Assembly: GCA_049975325.1 (NCBI GenBank)
Contig: JBNGDW010000001.1
Coordinates: 1-54,871 of the forward strand
DNA: 54,871 nucleotides
Origin: Candidatus Cloacimonadia bacterium
GTDB taxonomy: Bacteria > Cloacimonadota > Cloacimonadia > JGIOTU-2 > JBNGDW01
Direction: 5' to 3'
The notes under the pieces are model-generated. The model was given only the letters and a program-made list of their open reading frames with translations. It searched no databases and was not told the DNA's origin. Below are positions 18,901 to 28,047 of this stretch, piece by piece. The first letter of the stretch is position 1. Each line of letters starts with the position of its first letter. Both the position numbers and the translations under genes were made by a program.

Positions 18901-21056
18901 GCCTTACCATCCCGGTAGAAATCAACAGCGCTCCGATTATAAAAAACCAAAAAGTGGTAGCAGTACAGGGAATTGTACGAGATATGCGAACACAAAAGCG
19001 TATAGAAAAACAAATCCGTGACTCACTGCGTGTAAAAGAGATGCTCTATAATATCGCAACAGCAGCAGCCACATTAAATACTGTAGAAGAACTTCTTGCT
19101 TTGGTTCGAGAAGAGCTTGGTCGTTTTATAGATGTTACGAACTTTTATGTTGGGCTTCTCGATAAGGAGCACAATATCATAACACTCCCCTATGAAATTG
19201 ATCAAAAAGACAAAATACCCATAATACCTGTGGATACCTCTTTGACAGGTTATGTAGTGAGAACAGGCAAGACATTGGTTGCTAATCAAGACTGTATAAA
19301 TGAGCTGAAACAAAAAGGTGAAATAGAGATAATTGGTGAACCTTCAAAAATCTGGGTTGGTGTCCCCTTAAAACTCGAGAAGGAAGTTATAGGTACGATA
19401 GTTGTCCAGAGTTATACAGCTGAAAATGCATATTCAGAAGAGGATATACGACTTCTTGAATTTGTAGCCAATCAAACAGCTCTCATAATTGACCGAAAGC
19501 AGCAGGATTACGAGCTCCAGAAGACGAAATCACAACTTCAAGACCTTTTTGATAACGCAAATGACATGATCTGGACATCTGATAAAGATAAAAAATTCCT
19601 TATGGTAAATCATTCCTTAGAAACGCTTCTGGGTTATGCCAAAAAGGATCTGCTGGGACAGGATTTCACCGAGATTGTTAAAACAGAAGAGCGGGAGAAA
19701 GCTATCACTGCTTTTCAAAAAGCCATATCAGGGAAACAGTCAGAATCTGAAGTCTCTTTTATGACAAAAGAGGGAGAGGAAAGAACCTTCTGGCTAAAAT
19801 TGCGTCCTCTAAAAGAGGATAATAAAATTGTAGTTGTCCATTGTATAGGCCGGGATATAACAGAATGGCGCCAAGCAGAAGAAGAGCTACGAAAAAAGAA
19901 TGAGGAACTCTTACAAATCCAGAAAATGGAGTCTATCGGCAGACTGACTGGTGGTATTGCACATGATTTTAACAATATGCTTACTGTAATCAATGGTAGA
20001 TGTAGCAACCTCCTCCAAAAGATGCCTACTAACGACCCTTTCCGGCGAGAAGTGGAGAAAATTCTAAATGCAGGGACACAAGCCGCAAATATTACCAATC
20101 AACTCCTTATCTTTGGGCGCAAAAAGGCATGGCAACCGACCAATATTGATGTTAATAAAGTGATAAAAGAAATGTATGATATTCTTCGCCACTTACTTAG
20201 AGAGAATGTTGAAATAGAAACCTATATGCAGGAACAATCAGCAATTGTAAAAAGTGATCCTGCTCAACTGGAACAGGTTATAATGAATCTCTGTATTAAT
20301 GCATCTGACGCAATGCCAGAAGGCGGCAAGTTAACAATAACCACTGAGACTATAAATCTTAATGGTGATTATGCTAAGAGCCATATTGAACGAAAACCAG
20401 GAAAATATCTAAAAATAACAGTTTCAGATACTGGCGTAGGCATGGATGATAATGTTTGTTCCCATATCTTTGAGCCGTTTTATACTACTAAGAAAGGAGG
20501 CGAAAGAACTGGACTCGGATTAACAACCGTATATGCCATTGTACAACAAAGTAATGGCTTTATTAATGCTTATAGCCAGGTTGGGAAAGGCTCTACATTT
20601 GAGGTCTTCCTTCCAATATCACAGGAAGAAATTCCAGAAATGCAAAAGCCTGTGGAATTACAAAAAGAAATTGAATCTCAACATCTCGCCAATGAGACCA
20701 TTCTCCTTGTTGAAGATCAGGATATGGTGAGAGAACTAACATATGAAATATTGGCCGATCGAGGTTATATGGTGCTCCTTGCTCGTACTGGGAATGAGGC
20801 ATACTCGATTTGTCAAAATTACAATGAAGATATAGATTTAATGATTACTGATGTTATAATCCCGGATATGAATGGCTATGAGTTATACCAAAAAGTCTCT
20901 ACTATTCAACCCAAAATGAAAATTCTCTTTATCTCCGGTTACATAGAGGGAGATACTTTGGAAAAAGGAACCGCAGAAAAATTGACTCCTTTCCTGCAAA
21001 AACCATTTTCTCCTCAAAAATTACTTTTAACGGTTCAAAAAATTTTAACCGAATAA
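15990..21056 (+). CDS. Giant hybrid sensor histidine kinase: REC, multiple PAS and GAF domains, HisKA, HATPase, REC
   Basis: N-terminal REC (DLIILDYELSGKNG). Two clearly paralogous GAF domains (..IWLGVPLKVKEKVIGAIAVQSY.. and ..IWVGVPLKLEKEVIGTIVVQSY..). H-box GIAHDFNNMLTV, N box NLCINASDAM, G boxes DTGVGM and GLGL. C-terminal REC (LMITDVIIPDMNG, QKPF). Confidence 0.9.
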   Translation: MLKKTNILFIEGSRHDYILIKQTLQHSDKIKCIIHQVSDGEKAIKLLKTDKSYDLIILDYELSGKNGLEVLQKIKNTDIDIPVLFIAASDNEPVANQSLTLGAQEYLMKDRLGKFLDVLPNMIKKMRQEWESGKKYKSAIENLQKSEERYQIFIQNSSEGIWCFEAKEPIPINLEEDEIINRIYANGILVECNDTMAQMYGFKKREDIIGTPLKNFLVPNKQNIEYLKNFIRHDFVLRDGESWEPDNTGKVHIYLNNLTGIIKDGCLLQAWGTQRDITSQKREQQIRETLYNISKALITSDSLEELFKAIHKEISNIIDTTNFYITLYDEKSNIITAPYYFYQTKNTVPPPQTLRNGLTAYVIRSKKPLYLTVEKREQLMKEGKIAQADWKSKIWLGVPLKVKEKVIGAIAVQSYTDANAYTEDDLKLMEMVSDQIALAISHKQQEEATKLSEKYYKDTINSMVDAILVVDKDLNITLANAPLLNLSKELGLPTNLMGRNLFEAFPFLSEKVQKEYKQIFATPKTLTAERTYQINNQTFIMYIQKIPFLQNEKPTEVITVLRDLTKEREIQTRYQNQLRNLLDIGMSIRSELGLNELTQKVCNIIVQSLGWRQVILSLRDYDKGTSRPVAMAGYEKEKVREMLNSSPVPIEKTERFLRDEFKISKSFYIDHTHWEEIQGYPGGYIITPVKEQTPEGWHEHDVLLIPIYGKEKILGFLSPDNPINGKKPSVDDIQALEIFADQVGVALENAQIYEKLEHAQRRLQDILANIEEMIWEIDNEGRIIYSSSIAEKILEYKPEEIIGKSFYEILSPDNGKRLKKLYSRIKRTKRSFKDIVIQAKTKNGKEIICSLSGIPTIDKRENLTGYMGSARDITLEKIAQDKLKASEEKYKTLITNAVDGVYMHDLDGNFTLVNPAVCKILRYSAKELLHMNISDILTPEGLRLAKEKTEYKIITQKPTSPYELSIINKEGLTIPVEINSAPIIKNQKVVAVQGIVRDMRTQKRIEKQIRDSLRVKEMLYNIATAAATLNTVEELLALVREELGRFIDVTNFYVGLLDKEHNIITLPYEIDQKDKIPIIPVDTSLTGYVVRTGKTLVANQDCINELKQKGEIEIIGEPSKIWVGVPLKLEKEVIGTIVVQSYTAENAYSEEDIRLLEFVANQTALIIDRKQQDYELQKTKSQLQDLFDNANDMIWTSDKDKKFLMVNHSLETLLGYAKKDLLGQDFTEIVKTEEREKAITAFQKAISGKQSESEVSFMTKEGEERTFWLKLRPLKEDNKIVVVHCIGRDITEWRQAEEELRKKNEELLQIQKMESIGRLTGGIAHDFNNMLTVINGRCSNLLQKMPTNDPFRREVEKILNAGTQAANITNQLLIFGRKKAWQPTNIDVNKVIKEMYDILRHLLRENVEIETYMQEQSAIVKSDPAQLEQVIMNLCINASDAMPEGGKLTITTETINLNGDYAKSHIERKPGKYLKITVSDTGVGMDDNVCSHIFEPFYTTKKGGERTGLGLTTVYAIVQQSNGFINAYSQVGKGSTFEVFLPISQEEIPEMQKPVELQKEIESQHLANETILLVEDQDMVRELTYEILADRGYMVLLARTGNEAYSICQNYNEDIDLMITDVIIPDMNGYELYQKVSTIQPKMKILFISGYIEGDTLEKGTAEKLTPFLQKPFSPQKLLLTVQKILTE

Positions 21057-21172
21057 ACATACAACAATCAATCTTCGAGAAGTCATCCTTTACATTGGCA
21101 AAAGAGTAGAAGATTTTCTTGACATAACATATCCCTTCAAAACTTCTTCTGAAAATTCAGATTGGTGGGTAA

Positions 21173-22429
21173 ATGGCTCTTATACCAAATATTCTTAAAT
21201 GGCTTCAGGGGGCTGCGGAAAGCCATATTCTCTTTGCAATAGGAATCCTCCTGATCGCTGGTTATCTGTTTGGGAAATTGGCTGAAAAGGTCAGGCTGCC
21301 AGCAATTACAGGTTATATTATTGCAGGGATACTTCTGGGTGAATCTATCGGATCGGTTATTGGATTATACATTGTAGAATCATTACGCCCTATTACAGAG
21401 GTTGCACTGGGTATTATCGCTTTAGCTATAGGTGCTGAATTTTCCAGAGCAAAGTTGAAAATAATGGGTAAAAGCATTTTTATTATAACTGTTTCTCAAA
21501 TTATTCTCACCTTTGTTTTAGTAAGTATCGCCCTGATAATTACTGGTTTTAATCCTGAGTTTGCACTCATCCTTGGGGCTATAGCCACTGCAACTGCACC
21601 GGCAGCCACAGTTGTCGTGGTCCAGAGCTTACGGGCTCGTGGAAAATTTGTAGATTATCTATACGGACTTGTGGCACTTGATGATGCAGGGTCTGTAATC
21701 ATTTTTTCTATTGTGCTTGCATTTGTAGGTACTCTCATATCAAGAGCAAATGGGGTTGCAGCTTCTACTCTGAGTATGATTTTGCAGGGTTTTGGAGAAG
21801 TTCTGCTCTCACTTGTTGTGGGTTTTATAGGGGGATATATTCTCCATAAAATTACCTATAAGAAACAAAATACCAGTGAAATAATGATTTTCTCTTTAGG
21901 GATAATATTTCTCCTTATAGGACTTGCACATCCGCTTCACCTTTCACCTCTGCTAACAAATATGATGGTTGGTGCCACAGTAGTAAACCTTTCGCCAAGG
22001 AATGAGAGAATCTCTCGCATATTAGAGCCACTCACTCCCCCAATCTATGCTGCATTCTTTGCAATTGCGGGCACAGAGCTTCAGCTTGGTGTATTCGCAC
22101 AACCGGGAATTCTGCTTTTTGGCATAGTATTTGTTATCGCAAGAATTATTGGGAAATATTTTGGGGTTTACCTCGGTGCATTAGGCATGCGCGAAGATAG
22201 AAATATCCGAAATTATTTAGGGGCTTGTATGTTTCCTCAAGCAGGTGTAGCAATAGGTCTTGTATTGATGGTCCAAGCCTCTCCTATTATTATGCAAATC
22301 TCTGAAGAACTTAAACTCCTTGCCGTCACAATGGTGAATATTGTACTCTTCTCTGTATTTGTAAATGAACTGATTGGTCCCTCCCTATCAAAATGGGGAA
22401 TTATAAAAGGTGCAAAATTAGAGGAATAA
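21173..22429 (+). CDS. Cation:proton antiporter (Na+/H+ exchanger, Kef-like CPA family)
   Basis: Polytopic membrane protein of roughly 12 TM segments. The N-terminal pattern LLIAGYLFGKLAEKVRLPAITGYIIAGILLG is typical of Na_H_Exchanger family members. Confidence 0.75.
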   Translation: MALIPNILKWLQGAAESHILFAIGILLIAGYLFGKLAEKVRLPAITGYIIAGILLGESIGSVIGLYIVESLRPITEVALGIIALAIGAEFSRAKLKIMGKSIFIITVSQIILTFVLVSIALIITGFNPEFALILGAIATATAPAATVVVVQSLRARGKFVDYLYGLVALDDAGSVIIFSIVLAFVGTLISRANGVAASTLSMILQGFGEVLLSLVVGFIGGYILHKITYKKQNTSEIMIFSLGIIFLLIGLAHPLHLSPLLTNMMVGATVVNLSPRNERISRILEPLTPPIYAAFFAIAGTELQLGVFAQPGILLFGIVFVIARIIGKYFGVYLGALGMREDRNIRNYLGACMFPQAGVAIGLVLMVQASPIIMQISEELKLLAVTMVNIVLFSVFVNELIGPSLSKWGIIKGAKLEE

Positions 22430-22449
22430 TCGTCGATATTCTATAAATT

Positions 22450-23697
22450 ATGCTCATCTACCAATTTTTCATTTCACTAATCTCTATTTGTCTTACCCCT
22501 GTATTTATCGTTCTTTTACTCACCCGCAAGGATGTATGGATATGGCGGTTGGGCATTGAAACACCTACTCACTACAATAAAAGGAAAATATGGCTTCATG
22601 CTGCATCTGTTGGTGAAATAAATGCAATTAAGTCTTTGATTGGACGGATATTTGAACATCATCCAGATATCGCAATCTATCTTTCTACAATGACGGAAAC
22701 AGGCTTTGCTCAAGCAAAAAATATCGCCAGAGATTCAAAGGGAAAGGTTATCCCGTTTATCTTACCTATTGATACGCCGTGGACAGTTAAACGAACTTTA
22801 CGCACGATCCAACCAGATATTCTTTTGATAACAGAAACAGAGATATGGCCAAATCTTATATATTTTGTAAAAAGGCAGGGCGCACCTATACTTCTGATAA
22901 ATGCTCGCCTTTCTGAAAAATCACTGGCAAGATATAAGAAATTTAAACGATTCTTTTCTTATATCATCAGCTTAATAGATATCATTTCTACCCAATCTGA
23001 GATTGATAAGAGACGATTTGCAGAATTTGGCCATTCTCATATCAGGGTGGATGGAAATCTTAAATTTGCAATCTCTTTACCACAACTTGATGTAAATCAG
23101 ATACGAAAAGTATGGAAGGTACAAGCCCCCTTTGTCATTACATTCGGTAGCAGCAGACCAGGAGAAGAAGAGCTGGCAGTCAAGCTTCACTCCTTTCTTA
23201 AATTTCATAAGATAGAACACCAGATTGTCCTTGCTCCGCGTCACCTCAAAAGATTACCGAAAGTAGAGAACCTTCTCCTCTCTCATCAGATAAATTACGC
23301 TAAATTGTCGAATTTGCAGTCTCACAACTGTTATTCTATTCTTCTGCTTGATAGGATGGGAGAGTTAACTCGAGCATATTCAATTGCGGATATTGCTATA
23401 ATTGGTGGTAGTTTCTATGATTTTGGTGGACATAATCCCCTCGAAGCCGCCTACTTCGGCAAGCCAACCCTCATGGGACCGTTTCACAAAAGCTGCCAAA
23501 AAAGCGTTGAAATACTAAGAGAGCATGATGCAATTGAGATTGTCGATAAGAAAGAATTAAACGAAAAAGTTCTCTTCCTATATCGCAATCCAGAATACAG
23601 AGATAAAATGGGCAAAAAAGCAAAGATGGTAATGGAGCAGAACAGCTCCTCGCTTGAGAAAATCCTCAACCTCATTTTCAGGAATGTTAAATTGTAA
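22450..23697 (+). CDS. waaA: 3-deoxy-D-manno-octulosonic acid (Kdo) transferase
   Basis: N-terminal TM segment, the WLHAASVGEINA motif and a C-terminal GGSF..GGHNPLEAA motif, all characteristic of WaaA/KdtA. Confidence 0.85.
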   Translation: MLIYQFFISLISICLTPVFIVLLLTRKDVWIWRLGIETPTHYNKRKIWLHAASVGEINAIKSLIGRIFEHHPDIAIYLSTMTETGFAQAKNIARDSKGKVIPFILPIDTPWTVKRTLRTIQPDILLITETEIWPNLIYFVKRQGAPILLINARLSEKSLARYKKFKRFFSYIISLIDIISTQSEIDKRRFAEFGHSHIRVDGNLKFAISLPQLDVNQIRKVWKVQAPFVITFGSSRPGEEELAVKLHSFLKFHKIEHQIVLAPRHLKRLPKVENLLLSHQINYAKLSNLQSHNCYSILLLDRMGELTRAYSIADIAIIGGSFYDFGGHNPLEAAYFGKPTLMGPFHKSCQKSVEILREHDAIEIVDKKELNEKVLFLYRNPEYRDKMGKKAKMVMEQNSSSLEKILNLIFRNVKL

Positions 23698-23744
23698 ATT
23701 GAAAATTTAAAAATAGGTAGTAAACCAGCTTCACAGTAAAATCT

Positions 23745-23773
23745 TTGACATTAAATTTTGAAACGCTTAATTG
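23745..23773 (+). promoter_or_regulatory. Candidate promoter upstream of the radical SAM gene (TTGACA, 17 nt spacer, TAATTG)
   Basis: -35 at 23745-50 and a -10-like hexamer at 23768-73, about 75 nt before the ATG at 23849. Confidence 0.3.
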
Positions 23774-23848
23774 AGTGATTTAAATTGGACAGGATTTGAA
23801 AAATTAACAAAAATTATTCTTATATAAGGCACGGAACAAAGAGAAGTT

Positions 23849-24844
23849 ATGATAAAGGCTAAATTTTATAAGAAATTGGGAAATGGTAAAATAAAGTGTG
23901 AGCTCTGTCCGCAATCATGTGTAATTCCGGAAGGTAAAACAGGTATATGCTTTGGCAGAAAAAATATTGACGGTGAGCTTTATGCCATAAATTATGGCAA
24001 AACTATTTCTATCTCGATGGATCCGATTGAGAAAAAACCTCTCTATCACTGGTATCCTGGTAAGGATATCCTCTCTATCGGTCCAAATGGCTGCAATCTA
24101 AGATGCAAATTCTGTCAGAACTATCATATTTCCCAGAAGATCAGCCCAACAAAAGAAATTACTCCTCAAGAACTATTAGAATACTGTTTGCAAACAAACT
24201 CTATCGGAGTGGCATACACATATACAGAGCCGCTTATCTGGTATGAATTCATTCAGGACTCAGGCACGCTTTTGCACCAGTATAATAAAAAAGTTGTGCT
24301 GGTAACAAATGGATATATCAATGAACCTCCATTGAGAGAAATTCTGCCTATCGTGGACGCGATGAATATAGACCTCAAGGCTTTCAATGACGAATTTTAC
24401 AGAAAATACTGTGCTGGAGACATCGAAACCGTAAAAAATACTATCAGAATATCAGCCTCACATACGCATATCGAAGTAACAAACCTGATTATTCCTGGCT
24501 TGAATGATAGTGAAGCAGAGATTGAAAGGCTGACAGAATTTATTGCAGAAATTGATGATGAAATACCCTTACACCTTTCCCGATATTTTCCAGTGTATAA
24601 ATTTGATCACCCTCCAACACCAGCGAGCACATTGGAAAGAGCGTATCAAATAGCAAAGAAAAGATTAAAATATGTTTATGTAGGCAATATTAACCTCCCC
24701 AGAATGTCTGATACATATTGTCCAAATTGCAACACACATCTGATTCGGCGAGCTGGATTTTATACCGAGATACTTAATGTTAACGAAGAAAATCGCTGTA
24801 CAAGCTGCAACTACTGCATAAAGGGAGTACATTTATTTGAATAG
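23849..24844 (+). CDS. AmmeMemoRadiSam-system-type radical SAM enzyme (PFL-activase-like)
   Basis: N-terminal Cys cluster C.LCPQSC...G..GIC, radical SAM motif CNLRCKFCQN, and a C-terminal CPNC....C.SC cluster. Confidence 0.75.
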   Translation: MIKAKFYKKLGNGKIKCELCPQSCVIPEGKTGICFGRKNIDGELYAINYGKTISISMDPIEKKPLYHWYPGKDILSIGPNGCNLRCKFCQNYHISQKISPTKEITPQELLEYCLQTNSIGVAYTYTEPLIWYEFIQDSGTLLHQYNKKVVLVTNGYINEPPLREILPIVDAMNIDLKAFNDEFYRKYCAGDIETVKNTIRISASHTHIEVTNLIIPGLNDSEAEIERLTEFIAEIDDEIPLHLSRYFPVYKFDHPPTPASTLERAYQIAKKRLKYVYVGNINLPRMSDTYCPNCNTHLIRRAGFYTEILNVNEENRCTSCNYCIKGVHLFE

Positions 24845-25220
24845 TAGTAAATGGCTGAAACGTCACCTTACGAAAGCTGATATAGCTCTGATTGGTATAG
24901 TGGTAGTAGTAGCCTTGGCCTCAAGTACTATTATTATTTCTGGCAGTCCGAACAATTCTATATCCGCAATTTGTGAGATTGATGGAAAAGTTGTAAAAAG
25001 AATCGAATTAAATACGGAACAAATAGTCGATCTACAAAACGGTATGAAGTTGGAAATTATGCCAGGCAAGATTCGTGTAGTACAATCTGATTGCCCAAAT
25101 CAGATATGCGTGAGTCATGGCTGGGTAAAAGGACCTCATGATGTTATTGTTTGCGTGCCTAATAAAACGATTATTTATCTTGAGCAGCAAGAAGACTCGA
25201 TCGATTTTATTACCAGATGA
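24837..25220 (+). CDS. NusG domain II-containing protein (DUF1312 family)
   Basis: N-terminal TM segment, then the C-terminal motif CPNQICVSHGWVKGPHDVIVCVPNK, typical of this family. Usually paired with a Gx transporter. The start is TTG at 24837 and is uncertain. Confidence 0.6.
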   Translation: MNSSKWLKRHLTKADIALIGIVVVVALASSTIIISGSPNNSISAICEIDGKVVKRIELNTEQIVDLQNGMKLEIMPGKIRVVQSDCPNQICVSHGWVKGPHDVIVCVPNKTIIYLEQQEDSIDFITR

Positions 25221-25290
25221 ATTCCAAATATAAAAATTATGCAGACGGGATTAAAATAATGTCATTGAATAGCTACAATGAGACATTGGT

Positions 25291-25806
25291 ATGAAATACA
25301 ATAAGGTATTGATTTTAGCAGCCTGCTCGGTTATGGCAGTCTTGCTTTTCATGCTGGAAAACATTTTACCAAAGCCATTCCCTTTCTTCAGGATAGGACT
25401 TGCGAATGTATTTATATTGCTTATATTGGTTAACATGGATTTTAAATCTGCGATTATAATTGCATTAACTAAAGTTGTTCTTGGCAACCTGTTTTCTGGT
25501 TTACTTTTTACCCCTATTGTGTTACTTTCTCTTCTGGGCAGTGTGGCTGCATGTATCATAATGTATATCGGAATAAAGGCAAGGCTTGGTTTGAGTTTAG
25601 TCGGTCTTAGTATTCTGGGAGCAGTATTTCATAACTTGGTACAGCTAACCGTAGCATATTTTATTCTAATAAAAAGTGTAAGACTGTTCTCACTTGTACC
25701 TGTGATGCTGGTGCTGGCATTGATTACAGGAATTATTACAGGTAGTATCGCCTCACTTTTAAAAGATAAATTTATCTTGGTTGCAGCCCCTAAGGTAGCG
25801 AAATAA
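25291..25806 (+). CDS. Gx transporter family membrane protein (Hpre_diP_synt_I family)
   Basis: LENILPKPFPFFRIGLANVFILL signature, about 5 TM segments, and the canonical neighbour of a NusG-II protein. Confidence 0.7.
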   Translation: MKYNKVLILAACSVMAVLLFMLENILPKPFPFFRIGLANVFILLILVNMDFKSAIIIALTKVVLGNLFSGLLFTPIVLLSLLGSVAACIIMYIGIKARLGLSLVGLSILGAVFHNLVQLTVAYFILIKSVRLFSLVPVMLVLALITGIITGSIASLLKDKFILVAAPKVAK

Positions 25807-25835
25807 TGATTTGAAGTATATCGGAATTAAAAATT

Positions 25836-28034
25836 ATGGCAAAATTAAGAGAGAGAGAGCAAGAGAAGGCTAAAAAGAGGACGGGCTTTTTTAAAGTATT
25901 CTTTATTTTATGCTGTATAGCAGTTTTCCTTCTTGGCGCTGTGATAGGCGTTTTGCATGACTTTAGCAAAGAGCTTCCACCTCTTTCTTTTCTTGAAGAA
26001 TATAAACTTCTCACAGGGACAAAAATTTTTGATAAGAGCAATGAACTGGTAAAGATTTTTGCCAGTGAAAGGCGTCGCAGAGTATCTATCAATGAAGTGC
26101 CTGATACACTTATACATGCATTGATTGCGATAGAGGATAATAATTTTTATGAACATTACGGAATTGACTTTAAGGCTATAATAAGAGCACTTTGGGCGAA
26201 TATTTCTGCTGGGACAATTGCGCAGGGGGCAAGCACGATAACTCAGCAACTGGCTCGTAATATGTTCCTTACCCCAGAACAGACTATCGAAAGAAAGGTC
26301 AAAGAGATGCTCCTCGCTCTTAGAATTGAACGCACATTCTCTAAAGACCAAATCATGGAGATATATCTGAATAAGACATATTTTGGGGGAGGAAACTATG
26401 GTATAGAATCTGCTGCAAATAACTTCTTTGGTAAGACAGTGGCTGAACTCACATTACCTGAATGCGCTCTTGTCGCAAGGTTACCTCAAGCACCCACCTA
26501 TCTAAATCCACTTGTAAATTACGATGAAGCCGTAAGAAGAAGCAAGCATGTCCTTGACCGAATGTATGAACTGAATTATATAACCGAAGAAGAGTACAAG
26601 CGAGCCTACAATGATACTATTGTTATAAGGCAAAGAAAGACACCACAAAATCCTGCGGACTACTTTTTGGAATACATACGGCAATATATTGAAACTAATT
26701 ACGGCACAGCTGCCTTATATACTGGTGGGCTTAATGTATATACAACTCTGGACTTAGACTTGACGAACTACGCTGATTCAGTATTTAACAATCACCTTCG
26801 CTCATTGGAAAATCGTCTTGATTATGAAGTAAAATATGACGATTTCCCGCCAGATACAGTAGATATTGAGACAAAGTATGTGCAAGGGGGTATATTTGCG
26901 ATAGACCCTAATACAGGCTATGTGCCTGTTATGATTGGAGGAAGAAATTTTAACCACAGCAAATTTAATCGAGTCCTCCAGGCAAAAAGACAACCTGGGT
27001 CAGCATTTAAACCTTTTTTATATACAGCTGCCCTTGCTAATGGCTATACGCCAGCCTCAATGATAAACGATCAGCCAATCGTCTTCATTCAGGGAGATTC
27101 TGTTTTTTGGAAACCCACGAACTACTCTGATGAATTTTATGGGCTGACCCGACTCCGTACAGCTCTGAAGCATTCAAGAAATATCCCTTCTGTCAAGATG
27201 ATTTATGATATAGGTCCTGAAGAGGTAATTCGCTATGCCAGACTGCTGGGGATTGAAAGTCCTCTTTATCCCAATTTTTCCCTTGCTCTCGGCACTGCTG
27301 AAGTTTATCCGGCAGAACTCATCACTGCATATTGCCCATTCGCAAACGGCGGTGAAAGAGTCGAACCTATTTATATAAAAAGAATTGAAGATGAATCTGG
27401 CAATGTGTTGGAAAATCATACACCGCTACGCTCCCGAGTGCTCGGTAAGCAGATTGCCTATGTTATGACAAGCCTGATGGAGTCAGTTGTCAATGGTGGA
27501 ACTGCTGCCGGCATCCGCTCACGAGGATTTACACTTCCAGCAGCTGCAAAAACAGGCACAACCGATAATTTTCAGGACGGGTGGTGTATTGGATATACTA
27601 CACAATTAGTTTTGGGTATCTGGGTGGGATTTGACGATAATACTACTCTTGGAAAAGGCCAGGCAGGCGCCTATGTCGCAGTCCCTCCATGGCCATATAT
27701 AATGGATAGAGCCGTCTACAATGACTCACCTAAGGATTCGACCGGCAAGCCTATAATAGACAGAAAGCTCTATGAATTTCCTCGGCCTGAGGGAATAAAA
27801 ACCATGCCAATCTGTGATACAACAGGACTCCTTGCCCAACCATTTTGTCAGGATGTCTATGAAGAAGTCTTTATCGAGGGTACTGAGCCTACTATACTCT
27901 CTGATAGTCTAGGATATAACTTCGAACCCATCGGGTACCAAGGACTCACCCAGGATACCTTATATATCTATCTGGATAAACACATAGTAACAACAACTCC
28001 ATATAACCGCATGAAAACAGAAGAAGAAAACTAA
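25836..28034 (+). CDS. mrcA: Bifunctional class A penicillin-binding protein (PBP1A: glycosyltransferase plus transpeptidase)
   Basis: GT51 motifs EDNNFYEHYGID, GASTITQQLARN and RKVKE. Transpeptidase motifs SAFKP, SRN and KTGTT. Confidence 0.9.
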   Translation: MAKLREREQEKAKKRTGFFKVFFILCCIAVFLLGAVIGVLHDFSKELPPLSFLEEYKLLTGTKIFDKSNELVKIFASERRRRVSINEVPDTLIHALIAIEDNNFYEHYGIDFKAIIRALWANISAGTIAQGASTITQQLARNMFLTPEQTIERKVKEMLLALRIERTFSKDQIMEIYLNKTYFGGGNYGIESAANNFFGKTVAELTLPECALVARLPQAPTYLNPLVNYDEAVRRSKHVLDRMYELNYITEEEYKRAYNDTIVIRQRKTPQNPADYFLEYIRQYIETNYGTAALYTGGLNVYTTLDLDLTNYADSVFNNHLRSLENRLDYEVKYDDFPPDTVDIETKYVQGGIFAIDPNTGYVPVMIGGRNFNHSKFNRVLQAKRQPGSAFKPFLYTAALANGYTPASMINDQPIVFIQGDSVFWKPTNYSDEFYGLTRLRTALKHSRNIPSVKMIYDIGPEEVIRYARLLGIESPLYPNFSLALGTAEVYPAELITAYCPFANGGERVEPIYIKRIEDESGNVLENHTPLRSRVLGKQIAYVMTSLMESVVNGGTAAGIRSRGFTLPAAAKTGTTDNFQDGWCIGYTTQLVLGIWVGFDDNTTLGKGQAGAYVAVPPWPYIMDRAVYNDSPKDSTGKPIIDRKLYEFPRPEGIKTMPICDTTGLLAQPFCQDVYEEVFIEGTEPTILSDSLGYNFEPIGYQGLTQDTLYIYLDKHIVTTTPYNRMKTEEEN

Positions 28035-28047
28035 ATTTTTGATTCAC

